From the IMG/VR virus record IMGVR_UViG_3300032314_000503, positions 1 to 45,569 of that record: a stretch of 45,569 bases of DNA; one strand, 5' to 3'. This document shows positions 10,136 through 20,175 of this stretch, one piece after another. A model generated the notes under the pieces. That model was given only the letters and a program-made list of their open reading frames with translations, had not been told where the DNA came from and did no database searches. Numbering within the stretch: position 1 is the first letter of the stretch; every line of letters begins with the position of its first letter. A program made the position numbers and the translations under genes. The DNA comes from a virus (Duplodnaviria > Caudoviricetes).

Positions 10136-10754
10136 TAGAAGTCCTATATAGGAAATCTATATCATATCCCTTCTCAACTAACAAATCATACAAGTATTTT
10201 CTCTGAGGAGATGTGAAGTCCCTAACAATTATAAAGTTTTTCTTTTCTACTTTAGATTCAACAATTCTTAAAAATCTTTCACAATCATCTTCTGTTTTTA
10301 AAGAGAATAAAGAGTAGTCATCATCTTCTTGAACCACCACTTTATTATTTAGTTTAGATAACATTATTGTTTTATCTTTATCGAGATATTTTTTAACAAA
10401 TTTGTGGAATGTTATTTTTTTATTCTCTTGAACATCATATAGTTTTTCTTCTATGTTAAACATATCTATTTTTTTTATATAAAGATTATCTGAAATTTTG
10501 GGGTCGATGGATACATTCCTCCCAATTTCATCTACATAATACAATTGTTCGACTTCACAAGTTTTAGAAGTTAGTGCTATTTTATAACTACATCTTGAAC
10601 CGTTTTCATATTCTTTATTGAATACAATTTCACTTGATTCCTTTAACTTTTTATTGTAATATTCAATAGCTTTCTGTTCTCGGACAAAAGTTTTTAGAAT
10701 CTTTCTTTTTTTGTTGTTTTTAAATAGAATGACAGTAAAGTTAGGTTCACTCAT
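10113..10754 (-). CDS. Hypothetical phage protein
   Basis: 213-aa ORF divergent from dnaJ. Confidence 0.7.
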   Translation of the reverse strand: MSEPNFTVILFKNNKKRKILKTFVREQKAIEYYNKKLKESSEIVFNKEYENGSRCSYKIALTSKTCEVEQLYYVDEIGRNVSIDPKISDNLYIKKIDMFNIEEKLYDVQENKKITFHKFVKKYLDKDKTIMLSKLNNKVVVQEDDDYSLFSLKTEDDCERFLRIVESKVEKKNFIIVRDFTSPQRKYLYDLLVEKGYDIDFLYRTSTTHPKER

Positions 10755-10791
10755 ATAATTAAAATAATAAAAAATTTAAAATAATATACAC

Positions 10792-11730
10792 TTGGAAAAT
10801 TATTATAATGTTTTGGGAGTTGCTGAAAATGCTACACAAGATGAAATAAAGAAGGCTTTCAGAAATAAATCTAAAGAACATCATCCTGATAGAGGTGGTA
10901 ATGAAGAAGAGTTTAAAAAAATAAATGAAGCGTATTCGGCTATTGGTGATGAACAAAAACGAGCTGAGTATGATAATCAAAGGAATAATCCATTTGCAAA
11001 TATGGGCGGTAATCCATTCGGAGGAGGTGACCCATTTGATATTTTTGCGTCAATGTTTGGTGGAGGAAGGGCTCAAAGAAAGGCACCTGATAAAATAATT
11101 GAATTAAATATTGGGGCGGTTGACTCATTTATGGGCAAGAAAATATATTTTAATTTCTCAAGGAAAACTAATTGTAATTCCTGTAATGGACAAGGAGGGG
11201 AAAGGATTACCTGTAACGGATGCGGCGGAAGTGGGGTTATCTCCCAAGTAATTGGTAACGGGTTTTTCCAAAATGTAATGCAATCACATTGTCCAAAATG
11301 TAACGGTAATGGATTTTCCTTCAAAACTGTATGTAATACTTGCTCTGGTGAGGGTAAAGTTAATGAAGATAAAGTTATTGATATTAACCTACCTGTTGGT
11401 ATATCTGATGGTCAAATGATTAAAGCTCAAGGTATGGGTGATTTTCATAATGGTATGTTTGGTGACCTAATTTTGAAAACAATCATTCGACCTCAAAATG
11501 GATTTGAAAAATCAGGAGGTGATTTGGTTTATACAAAATATCTTTCATTGGATGAATTTGATAATGATGAAATTAGAGTACCTCACCCTCATGGAGAACT
11601 AAGTATAAAATTACCTGAAACAATAGATACTGCTAATCCTTTAAAAGTTAGAGGAAAGGGTTATAGAAATGAAAATGGTGATTTTTATGTTAAATTGCAT
11701 GTAAAACATATGAGAACAAGTAAGGTATAG
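10792..11730 (+). CDS. dnaJ: Chaperone DnaJ
   Basis: J domain with HPD, G/F region, four CxxCxGxG repeats, C-terminal domain; TTG start. Confidence 0.95.
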   Translation: MENYYNVLGVAENATQDEIKKAFRNKSKEHHPDRGGNEEEFKKINEAYSAIGDEQKRAEYDNQRNNPFANMGGNPFGGGDPFDIFASMFGGGRAQRKAPDKIIELNIGAVDSFMGKKIYFNFSRKTNCNSCNGQGGERITCNGCGGSGVISQVIGNGFFQNVMQSHCPKCNGNGFSFKTVCNTCSGEGKVNEDKVIDINLPVGISDGQMIKAQGMGDFHNGMFGDLILKTIIRPQNGFEKSGGDLVYTKYLSLDEFDNDEIRVPHPHGELSIKLPETIDTANPLKVRGKGYRNENGDFYVKLHVKHMRTSKV

Positions 11731-11746
11731 TCGGTATTTATAGTTA

Positions 11747-12076
11747 ATGGCAACTATATGTTATGCTTGGGATGATGCTCCTTATGCTTGGTTAGATACA
11801 CCGTTTACTTGGGCTGAAGGGTGTGTAATTGAAAAACTTCTTGGAAATGCTGGAGGCTCAATATCTCCTTATAAAATAAGAGAGAGGTTAGATGGTCTAC
11901 CTGAGGAAGATAAAGAAACTTTAATTGGGTTATTTGTTAGGTTAAATGTTGATGAAATAGAATTTGAAAATAAAACTAATAAAAACAAAAATACCAAAGT
12001 AAAAATTAAATTAAAAGATATAGAAGTTTCTCTAAAAGAGCAGAAAAATATAAAAGTGAATATATTTATAAATTGA
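11747..12076 (+). CDS. Hypothetical phage protein
   Basis: ORF; TATTTATA ends 4 nt before ATG. Confidence 0.7.
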   Translation: MATICYAWDDAPYAWLDTPFTWAEGCVIEKLLGNAGGSISPYKIRERLDGLPEEDKETLIGLFVRLNVDEIEFENKTNKNKNTKVKIKLKDIEVSLKEQKNIKVNIFIN

Positions 12077-12077
12077 T

Positions 12078-12542
12078 ATGGCTTATAAATTATACACCGA
12101 CAAATCCAATAAATTCAATTGTAATATTGAAGTTGAAGGAACATCACTAGCAAAATCCCAGGTTAGATTAGTGATTGAATCTGATGAAATGACCTATATG
12201 TTTAAAGGTTCAATTCAAAGCAATGGTGAGTGTGAGGTAACAATTCCAAAAACTAAAAATTTCTTATCTGAAGGCACCACTGGTAATATGAGATTGGAAG
12301 TTATCGCTGATGATGTGTATTTTGAACCATGGTCATCTGACTTTTCTGTTGCAACAAATAAGAAAGTTACAGTTCAAATTGCTGAGCAAGAAGAGGACAA
12401 GCCAAAAATGAAAGTCCAAGTTGTTGAACAAAAAGAAGAACCAAAAGCTCAGAAACCAAAAGTGCAAGAGCAAAAGAAAGTACAAAGACCTTCTAATGTT
12501 TTAACAAAAGAGGAACTGATTAAGAAATTAATTGGTAAATAA
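12078..12542 (+). CDS. Hypothetical phage protein
   Basis: ORF. Confidence 0.7.
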   Translation: MAYKLYTDKSNKFNCNIEVEGTSLAKSQVRLVIESDEMTYMFKGSIQSNGECEVTIPKTKNFLSEGTTGNMRLEVIADDVYFEPWSSDFSVATNKKVTVQIAEQEEDKPKMKVQVVEQKEEPKAQKPKVQEQKKVQRPSNVLTKEELIKKLIGK

Positions 12543-12770
12543 TCCAACAATCATCATTGTCAAAGCGTATAATCCGTAGATGGTGACTGCGGAAATCAAT
12601 AATGATACTGCGGCATAAGGCATAATTCCTTTTTGAATCTTTTCACACTTAGTGCAAGTTTTACCATCTTTCTTTGTTTCAGGTTCTTGATTTTTTTTAT
12701 TACAAGTTTTACAAGTTCCTTTTTTTTGACCACATTTTTTACAAGTACCTTTTGGTGTTTCTTCTGACAT
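12528..12770 (-). CDS. Small Cys-rich (3x CxxC) protein with C-terminal membrane anchor
   Basis: GTCKKC, GTCKTC, KTCTKC followed by a hydrophobic segment. Confidence 0.65.
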   Translation of the reverse strand: MSEETPKGTCKKCGQKKGTCKTCNKKNQEPETKKDGKTCTKCEKIQKGIMPYAAVSLLISAVTIYGLYALTMMIVGLFTN

Positions 12771-12906
12771 ATCTTTATTTATTGGTAATTTTATTCTATA
12801 ATTAATCTAAATTTAATCAAAATTGACCATTTGATAAATACTGAAAATAAAAATTATGGTCAACAATGAAATATTTAATATTATAATAAACAATTAAAAA
12901 ACAAAA

Positions 12907-13713
12907 ATGAAAAAGATTTTATTACTTACATTATTCGTATTAACTAGCGTAATCTCTTTCTCTCAGTTTAAAGTAACTAAAGACACAACTGGTGTTGATA
13001 CTACGAGAGGAAAAGGATTATTCTATAAACCAAAAAAGAAAACAAGTCCATTCAGCGCTGATTTCGGAGTCGCTTCAACCAACCTTTGGAGAGGTACAGA
13101 TGTTGGCAAACAAACAGGTATTATGTTGATTGCTGAATATGAACCCGCTAAATGGTTGACAATGGGAATGCAAACTTATGTAGTTGCAAACCAATTTAGA
13201 CCAGGTTACGGTAATCAGATGATTACTAGTATTAAAGGTAACATCTACAACACATCGATTGGTATTCAAGATGTATATTTCCAAAACCAAGAATTGGTAT
13301 CTGATACTGACTTCTTTAATATCAATAAAGAAACTACTAATCACTTTGTAGAAGCAACATTTAACTATAAGGGAGATGCTAGCTCAAAGATGGATTTGTT
13401 TGCTAGCCGTGTTATTTATCAAAACACTAATAATATAAAAGGAGCATTCTTCGTACAAGCAACATATCATCCTAATTTTAACACTGAACTTTTTGCGGGT
13501 TACTTGACAAAGGAATCTATGGTTAACTTTCAAGAAAAGGGTGGATTTACAAATATTGGTTTGACAATCAAGAGAAATCTTGAGTTATCAACAAAAACTA
13601 TGATTAAGGCAAAACTTACAGTTAGTGTTAATCCAAATTATAAAACAATTGTTCAAACAAATCCGGCAGTTTCAGGTCGTCCTGTAAATGCTAATTTGGT
13701 CTTATTGTTCTAA
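12907..13713 (+). CDS. Secreted outer-membrane beta-barrel protein (TorF/Gcw_chp-like)
   Basis: Sec signal peptide, SADFGVASTNLWRG motif, amphipathic strands, C-terminal Phe. Confidence 0.65.
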   Translation: MKKILLLTLFVLTSVISFSQFKVTKDTTGVDTTRGKGLFYKPKKKTSPFSADFGVASTNLWRGTDVGKQTGIMLIAEYEPAKWLTMGMQTYVVANQFRPGYGNQMITSIKGNIYNTSIGIQDVYFQNQELVSDTDFFNINKETTNHFVEATFNYKGDASSKMDLFASRVIYQNTNNIKGAFFVQATYHPNFNTELFAGYLTKESMVNFQEKGGFTNIGLTIKRNLELSTKTMIKAKLTVSVNPNYKTIVQTNPAVSGRPVNANLVLLF

Positions 13714-13734
13714 TAAAAAAAACTATAAACTATA

Positions 13735-13761
13735 AAAAGGACACATATGTGTCCTTTTTTT
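13735..13761 (+). terminator. Intrinsic terminator
   Basis: aaaaggacacat/atgtgtcctttt inverted repeat plus T run. Confidence 0.75.
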
Positions 13762-13808
13762 ATTTATATTATTTATTTTTTAACGCACTTTTATTATATT
13801 TATATTAT

Positions 13809-13967
13809 ATGGGTAGACCAAAAAAAGAAGAAAAAGATAAGAAGGTTAAATACGGTATTAGTATTGACAAGTATCTTTTTGATAAAATGAAAATAGAAAA
13901 TATCAGTATTTCCAAGTTCATACAGAATTTGGTAAAGGAGTATTATGAGAAAATACAATCTAAATGA
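13809..13967 (+). CDS. Small ribbon-helix-helix-like DNA-binding protein
   Basis: MGRPKK..KYGISID..SISKFIQNLVKEY pattern; TATTTATA at 13797. Confidence 0.6.
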   Translation: MGRPKKEEKDKKVKYGISIDKYLFDKMKIENISISKFIQNLVKEYYEKIQSK

Positions 13968-14556
13968 AAATTTCTTTGACTTATTAAATGAAAAATCAGC
14001 ATATTGGTTGGGTTTCCTTTATGCTGATGGATATGTTAGAATGAAAGACGGTAAAAGTGGAGAATTAAAATTGAAACTTAAAGATACTGATAAGGGTCAT
14101 ATTGAAAAATTTTTAAAAGATATTAATTGTGAGAAACCTATTAAATGTGGAATTGACAATAAATCAAAATTTTGTTCAGTAACTGTATATTCAAATTTAT
14201 TGGTTAACAAATTGTTTGAATTAGGATGTGTTAATAATAAGACACAAAAAATAAGATTACCTGAATTAACAGGTGAATTTATTAGTCATTTTATACGAGG
14301 TTATTTTGATGGAGATGGTAGTATATCTAAAGTTAAAAACAGACCTAATTCTTTTTCAGTGTCAATTTGCTCAAATAAAAATTTTAACAAAGACTTACTT
14401 CAGTTTTTTGGGTATGGTAAAGAGTATGAATATGAAAATTATTCCGTAATCAAAATATCTAAAATAATGGAAGTTATGAAATTTAGAGACTATATTTACA
14501 ACAAGGCTGAAACTTTATTAGAAAGAAAGTTCATAAAATTTAAAGAAATAGTATAG
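13945..14556 (+). CDS. Free-standing LAGLIDADG homing endonuclease
   Basis: AYWLGFLYADG and FIRGYFDGDG motifs, LERK tail. Confidence 0.9.
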   Translation: MRKYNLNENFFDLLNEKSAYWLGFLYADGYVRMKDGKSGELKLKLKDTDKGHIEKFLKDINCEKPIKCGIDNKSKFCSVTVYSNLLVNKLFELGCVNNKTQKIRLPELTGEFISHFIRGYFDGDGSISKVKNRPNSFSVSICSNKNFNKDLLQFFGYGKEYEYENYSVIKISKIMEVMKFRDYIYNKAETLLERKFIKFKEIV

Positions 14557-14557
14557 T

Positions 14558-15409
14558 ATGTGTATTAGTTACATTGGAGGAAAAAAAAGAATGCAGTCGT
14601 GGATAGTCCCATTAATACCAAAAGATATTGAAACTTATGTTGAGAGTTTTAGCGGGCAATTTTGGATTTTTTTTGGTATGAATTTGGAAGATTTCCCAAA
14701 TTTAAAAACAGTTGTTTACAACGATTTTAATCCTTTAAATTATAATCTATATAGATGTATCAGTAATCACCAAAGATTATTAAAAGAATGTGAAAAAATA
14801 ATCGTCCAACAAAAAGATATTCAACCAACCAACCCAATATGTAAAGAAAATTTTGATAATTTTCAAAAAGAACTTTATTCTGAAGACTTTAATATTGGAG
14901 ATGAGCCAAATTATGAAGTTGCTGCAAAATATGTATACGTATTGACCCAAGTTTTTTCAGGGGCAAATCCGGCAAAATCTAAATTTATTGATTTAAAGGG
15001 AAAGTATCATTCTAAATTTACATCTTTTAAGAATAAATTAAAAAATCCTGAGTGGCAAAAAATGTTTGAAAAAATCACTTTTGTTGAAAATATGGATTTT
15101 GAAGAAGTAATTAGAAAATATGATTCACCAACTACATATTTTTACAACGACCCACCTTATTTCGTAGTTGGAGAAGGTGATTATTACTCAAATCACGATT
15201 TTGACCGTGATGACCACGAGAGACTGGCAAAATTGTTAATAACTATTCAAGGAAAGTTCTCTTTATCTTACTACGATTTCGTACTTTTGCACGAGTGGTT
15301 TCCTGAAGACCAATATAGATGGGAAAAGAAGGAGTTCGCTAAGGCTGCCGCAGCCAAGAAAGGACAGACTCAAAATATGGGGGAGGAGTTGTTAATTATG
15401 AATTATTGA
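14558..15409 (+). CDS. DNA adenine methyltransferase (Dam/D12 class)
   Basis: YIGGK, YVESFSG, VYND, DPPY motifs. Confidence 0.92.
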   Translation: MCISYIGGKKRMQSWIVPLIPKDIETYVESFSGQFWIFFGMNLEDFPNLKTVVYNDFNPLNYNLYRCISNHQRLLKECEKIIVQQKDIQPTNPICKENFDNFQKELYSEDFNIGDEPNYEVAAKYVYVLTQVFSGANPAKSKFIDLKGKYHSKFTSFKNKLKNPEWQKMFEKITFVENMDFEEVIRKYDSPTTYFYNDPPYFVVGEGDYYSNHDFDRDDHERLAKLLITIQGKFSLSYYDFVLLHEWFPEDQYRWEKKEFAKAAAAKKGQTQNMGEELLIMNY

Positions 15410-15434
15410 TATATTTATATAAAAAAGTTTAAAA

Positions 15435-16796
15435 ATGAAATTTACCAACATTTTAAAATCTATTATCTTAGAAAATTCAAGATTTAAGGTTCTTTATGAC
15501 AGTTTAGTACAACAACCTTCACCTGAAGGAAAGTTTAAACCAGACCCGAAGAAGATTCCTTTTGAATCTTTAAAGGCATTAATCTTTGCTGACCCTACCA
15601 CTATCATACCAAGAGGTGCTGAATTTGATATTGATAGTGCATCAGTTGAAGATATGGAGAAAGTTAAAGTTGGTAAATACACTAACTGGCTTATTAAGAA
15701 CTTTATGAAGCCGGCAAATATCGAGGCTAATCCCGAAGACCCAAGAGCTTATGCTCAAGCTGTTAAGGATTATCAAAGTTTGTTTATGGAGGACCTTTAT
15801 AAGGTTACGGATGACCTTAAAAAATACGAAAGATTTAAGAATACTTTCCCTCAAGAAAAGAGAGATATTGCAAAACTTACAAAGGACCAAGTTTTTGAAC
15901 TTGTTAAAGATTTAAGTTTAGATAAAACTAAAGCTTCTAAAGCTGAGAAAGAACAGGCTAAAAAGAGTTACGAGCACCCTGGAGCTAATGTTGTATTCCG
16001 AGGCTCTAATTGGACTGTAATTAAAATTGAAGGAACTTCTGAATTACAAAAAGATGCGGCTTGTTTCTATGGAGGTTCTCACGAATCTGACAAGGGAGAA
16101 TCAAGATGGTGTACATCATCACCTGGAGCTGAGTGGTGGAAGAGATATTTGTCAAAAGGACCACTTTATGTGATTCTTCCGAATGAATCATCAGATTTAG
16201 GAAAAGTATCAGGACTTCCAGTTGAAAGATACCAATTCCACTTCCCTGAACAGCAGTTTATGGATAGACACGATGTTCAACAAAATTTGGTTGACCTATT
16301 GAACGGAAAACTTAAAGAACTTAAAGATTTCTTCAAACCTGAATTTGCAAATGGTTTAACTAGTGAAGGGGGAGATAAAGTTAATATTAATATACAAAGC
16401 GGAGCAGCTGGAAAATTCATTGCTCTCTATGGTATTGATGAAATTATTGATAATTTGAAAGACAGTATAAATATTTTGATTATTGAAAATCCAGCTAATG
16501 GACCAGAAGTTGCTTTGGACATACCTGCAAGCATCTCAAGATTTAATAATTTAGGTACATTAATGCTAACCAATATTGTTCGTAGTTTACCGGATTCAAT
16601 CGGGGATTTAAAGCAATTAGAATTTTTATCTTTACCTAACAATAAAGGACTTAAAGAGATACCTGCAAGTGTTTCATCATTACCTAACTTAACATTTGTT
16701 AATGTTATGGATTGTGACCCAAATATTAAGATTCCTGAAGGAATTACCAAGAATTTCTCAGATGAAGGTGGAGGTTTTTGGTTTAGACACGAGTGA
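15435..16796 (+). CDS. Hypothetical protein with WCTS domain and C-terminal leucine-rich repeats
   Basis: ACFYGG..RWCTS..PLYVI..YQFHF; LRRs LPDSIGDLKQLEFLSL, IPASVSSLPNL. Confidence 0.75.
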   Translation: MKFTNILKSIILENSRFKVLYDSLVQQPSPEGKFKPDPKKIPFESLKALIFADPTTIIPRGAEFDIDSASVEDMEKVKVGKYTNWLIKNFMKPANIEANPEDPRAYAQAVKDYQSLFMEDLYKVTDDLKKYERFKNTFPQEKRDIAKLTKDQVFELVKDLSLDKTKASKAEKEQAKKSYEHPGANVVFRGSNWTVIKIEGTSELQKDAACFYGGSHESDKGESRWCTSSPGAEWWKRYLSKGPLYVILPNESSDLGKVSGLPVERYQFHFPEQQFMDRHDVQQNLVDLLNGKLKELKDFFKPEFANGLTSEGGDKVNINIQSGAAGKFIALYGIDEIIDNLKDSINILIIENPANGPEVALDIPASISRFNNLGTLMLTNIVRSLPDSIGDLKQLEFLSLPNNKGLKEIPASVSSLPNLTFVNVMDCDPNIKIPEGITKNFSDEGGGFWFRHE

Positions 16797-16835
16797 TTAG
16801 TATATTTGTTACCAATAAAACAAAACTAAGCCATT

Positions 16836-17126
16836 ATGAAAAACAATGTAGATTGCGAAATTTATATTTCGGGTTTTATTAATTTTTTTGAAAAAAATCC
16901 AAATGATTTAAGTAATCTTATTGGAGAAATGAATAAAGAAAAATTCTTTATGGAGGTTAGAATCACTGTTTATCAGAATTTTGATAAGGGCGATGAAATA
17001 ACTTTGACTCAGCAACAACTTCTTGACATTTTGGTTAAACTTCACGGTAAAGAAAAGAAGGCCAAGGAAATAGAAGTTATGGTCCCCATACATAAGACAA
17101 AATGGGGTGAATTTATTTTGAACTAG
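16836..17126 (+). CDS. Hypothetical phage protein
   Basis: ORF; TATATTTG promoter at 16801. Confidence 0.7.
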   Translation: MKNNVDCEIYISGFINFFEKNPNDLSNLIGEMNKEKFFMEVRITVYQNFDKGDEITLTQQQLLDILVKLHGKEKKAKEIEVMVPIHKTKWGEFILN

Positions 17127-17151
17127 TCAAATTTTTTACTATCTTTACTGT

Positions 17152-18816
17152 ATGGAAACAATTGATAAGATTGTGCATGAAAGAATTTGGGTGACCGAAT
17201 ATGAAGACACTTGTCCCTTACGGGAGCCGGCGACTATTAATCAAAATGACTGGGACCCTGACACGGACCAAATGTTAAACTATGGTTTTCTTATATATAA
17301 ACAAAAGGAGTGGGTTTTTAAGCAAAGATATTTGGATGTTAATAAAGAATTAAAAGATTTTGGCAATCCTCTTTGCCGTATTGAAATTAGCAGGTATACT
17401 ATTTGCTTGGAAGAAGACGAAAATAAAGTTGCTCTAAAATTATTCATAACAAACAAAACTAGAAAACCAGGTGTGGTATGGTTTTCAAGGAAGAGTGATG
17501 TCTATTTTATTACCCTAAATAAGAAAACTAAAAATATTTATCACGGATATATTTCAGGGTATAATAAAAGAAAAAAAAGTAGGAAGATAAACTGTAATCA
17601 TTTTTTTAACAGTTTAAACCAAATTTATGGTCAAGTAATTCCTCTTACCATAACAGTTGAGAATCCTGAATACCCCAAAGCTGAGGTCTTGGATATTAAT
17701 AAGGTTAATGAAATGTATGGAAAGTTTTTTTCTAAAATGGGTATTGATGAAAGAAAAGACTATTTTGACATCACTGGTGATTTATATTTTAAATATTTGA
17801 CAAATAAGGGTATAAAGTTTCCTAATAATTTCTCAGCATTCAAACAATGTGGAAACAAACCACCTCAAAGATTATTCAAAAAGAATGGAATGAGATTGGT
17901 TGAAACTTATATGCAACACTACGGGTTAAAGGGTGACAAGTTTAGAAAGATTTTACATAATTCAAGCAAGATTGATTTTTATGACTTGCAACATTTGGTT
18001 AACATTTTTTCAATAGACTTTTTAATTCAAAGACCTGAAAGTGAACTAACAATATTTGTTGAAAATAAAAAAACTGTTCATCCCGGTTCTTTAGGTAAGA
18101 GTGTAATTGATTTTTATAATGGGTTGACCAAAAAAGAAAAATTAAATTTTTATTTGACACTTCTTTCCCATTTTGAATTTGGAGGTTCATTACATTCAAT
18201 TAATGACCACATTAGGTTTTACAAGGAAATTACAAAGCATGAGAAAGTAAGATGGAAGGCCACCGATATTACAAGTTTTAAAAAAGAACACATAGAATTT
18301 ACAGATAAATATGACTTCTATACTCAGGGCCATTATGAAAGAGAGTTTGATGAAACATTTGTTAATTATGTTCAACAACCATTTTTTGTTTATGGTATCA
18401 GGTATACTCCAGTTTTATTTCAAAAGAACAATCAATACATTGAAGAAAGTTCTCATCAGTCGAACTGTGTGAAAACCTATAATGGAAATATTGTCTCGGT
18501 GATAATATCTTTGAGGAATGAAAATAACGAAAGACTTACAATGCAATTCATTCCAAAAAAGACTGAAAGTGGAAGAGTTATTTGGAAAAACGCTCAAACA
18601 AGAGCAAGGTTTAATGAAAATCCAACAGAAGATTGGAAAGATGCCATTGAGGTTATGGAAAATAAATTGTCTTCCTCGGGCAACTTTACACTTCCAAAAA
18701 TGTGGTTTATAAATTATAATTCTAGAACCCCTGTTGATTTAATGTGGGGTATTAACGGAAAGATTACTTCACTAACATCAATTAATACTGGAACATATGG
18801 ACTTATTGAGTTTTGA
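17152..18816 (+). CDS. PcfJ-domain protein
   Basis: EESSHQSNCVKTY..IISLR..QTRARFN motif series. Confidence 0.7.
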   Translation: METIDKIVHERIWVTEYEDTCPLREPATINQNDWDPDTDQMLNYGFLIYKQKEWVFKQRYLDVNKELKDFGNPLCRIEISRYTICLEEDENKVALKLFITNKTRKPGVVWFSRKSDVYFITLNKKTKNIYHGYISGYNKRKKSRKINCNHFFNSLNQIYGQVIPLTITVENPEYPKAEVLDINKVNEMYGKFFSKMGIDERKDYFDITGDLYFKYLTNKGIKFPNNFSAFKQCGNKPPQRLFKKNGMRLVETYMQHYGLKGDKFRKILHNSSKIDFYDLQHLVNIFSIDFLIQRPESELTIFVENKKTVHPGSLGKSVIDFYNGLTKKEKLNFYLTLLSHFEFGGSLHSINDHIRFYKEITKHEKVRWKATDITSFKKEHIEFTDKYDFYTQGHYEREFDETFVNYVQQPFFVYGIRYTPVLFQKNNQYIEESSHQSNCVKTYNGNIVSVIISLRNENNERLTMQFIPKKTESGRVIWKNAQTRARFNENPTEDWKDAIEVMENKLSSSGNFTLPKMWFINYNSRTPVDLMWGINGKITSLTSINTGTYGLIEF

Positions 18817-19099
18817 TAAAGAAAGTATTATTAAATCTGGACTTTGTAATATGATTTACTTAGATAATCATGGATTAGAACCTGAATCACTATCTAAGAA
18901 AAAAAATATTATTGTTTTATACGAGAATGTTATTGTATCGGACGGAACTCAAGTGATAGATGATTTTATTGTATCAGTTCAAAATGACTATTATATCTAT
19001 TTAAAAAGAAAAGAAGATGGTTCATATATTATGAAATTATACTACAATTATGAGAGCCGACCACAAATAAACCTATTACTAAAAAGTTTAAAAAAATGA
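18797..19099 (+). CDS. Hypothetical phage protein
   Basis: ORF. Confidence 0.65.
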   Translation: MDLLSFDKESIIKSGLCNMIYLDNHGLEPESLSKKKNIIVLYENVIVSDGTQVIDDFIVSVQNDYYIYLKRKEDGSYIMKLYYNYESRPQINLLLKSLKK

Positions 19100-19395
19100 A
19101 AGAAATATCAGTAAAAGAATTACAATCAAAAATTGATAATAATGAACCGATGCTTGTTAGCTTCAGTGCCTCTTGGTGTGGACCTTGCCGAGTACTTGCA
19201 GAAGAAATGAAAAAGATGGATTCTAACCTACCACTTTATAAAGTTGATGTTGAAGAGGATGCTGACTTCTCAAGAAAGCATGGGGTTAGAGCGGTGCCCA
19301 CTATTAAAGTATTTAAAGAGGGTAAAGTGGTTAATACGACCACAGGTATAAAAAGTCAGTTTGAACTGAATAAACTATTAATGGAAAGTTTATAA
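19096..19395 (+). CDS. trxA: Thioredoxin
   Basis: WCGPC active site, VPT cis-Pro motif. Confidence 0.93.
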   Translation: MKEISVKELQSKIDNNEPMLVSFSASWCGPCRVLAEEMKKMDSNLPLYKVDVEEDADFSRKHGVRAVPTIKVFKEGKVVNTTTGIKSQFELNKLLMESL

Positions 19396-19670
19396 TGAAG
19401 AAAGTTGTCCTTTTCACAATGAAAGAATGTGGTTTTTGCCAAGAATTCAAAAAAGTATTAAAAGAAAACAATATCAAATTTATTAATAGAGATATTGAAA
19501 AACATAAAGAAGAATATGATTTATTTAGAAATGTTAAAAATGATTTGGTTCCGGCCTTTATGATTGTTGATGTTGAAAACCCAAGTAGTTCAGAATTATT
19601 TGCCCCCGATATTGATTACAAAGATTTTACAACCGCTATAAACATTATAAATGAAAGAGTTATCGTTTAG
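19395..19670 (+). CDS. Glutaredoxin-like protein
   Basis: CGFC near N-terminus, VPAF motif. Confidence 0.85.
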   Translation: MKKVVLFTMKECGFCQEFKKVLKENNIKFINRDIEKHKEEYDLFRNVKNDLVPAFMIVDVENPSSSELFAPDIDYKDFTTAINIINERVIV

Positions 19671-20175
19671 TAAAAAAGGAGAAAGATTTCATCCAGTAAA
19701 ATACTGGGAAATAGGTGATTCTTATGTTGCAATTTACCAAGGAGCAAGAGGGGATAGACCTGACTTGGATTTTGTGGTAAAATATAAAGAAAGTGGTAAA
19801 AGATTACGCACTCCATCTCATACACATTGGATTGTCGATTTACTTGTGAAGGCCGAGTATGATTCAGAAACTCTTTCTGAATATGTTACTGACCTTATAC
19901 AAATCTATGATGAAGTACGCCCATTTGAAACCCAAGAACAAAGATTAAACTATACTTTGGTTTATCCTGAACAGATGAATCTTAAATATCAAAATCTAAA
20001 TGGCCACGGGTATTATTGTGTTAACACTCTAACAACCTTTATTGAGTTATTCTCTCTATGTGAGAAAAGAAGCGAGGGGGCATTTATGTTCAGGTCACTT
20101 CTAAACTTGGTAAAGAGTTATTGTGAAGGAACTAAAGATTTCTATCAAGTAGTTGGGTATTCAAAAAGAGTTTAA
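19651..20175 (+). CDS. Hypothetical phage protein
   Basis: ORF. Confidence 0.7.
   Translation: MKELSFSKKGERFHPVKYWEIGDSYVAIYQGARGDRPDLDFVVKYKESGKRLRTPSHTHWIVDLLVKAEYDSETLSEYVTDLIQIYDEVRPFETQEQRLNYTLVYPEQMNLKYQNLNGHGYYCVNTLTTFIELFSLCEKRSEGAFMFRSLLNLVKSYCEGTKDFYQVVGYSKRV

Noticed and set aside
13945-14556. LAGLIDADG genes as intein or intron components
   Set aside because: Both are stand-alone ORFs with their own start and stop, adjacent MTases are uninterrupted, and no group I core or intein termini were seen.
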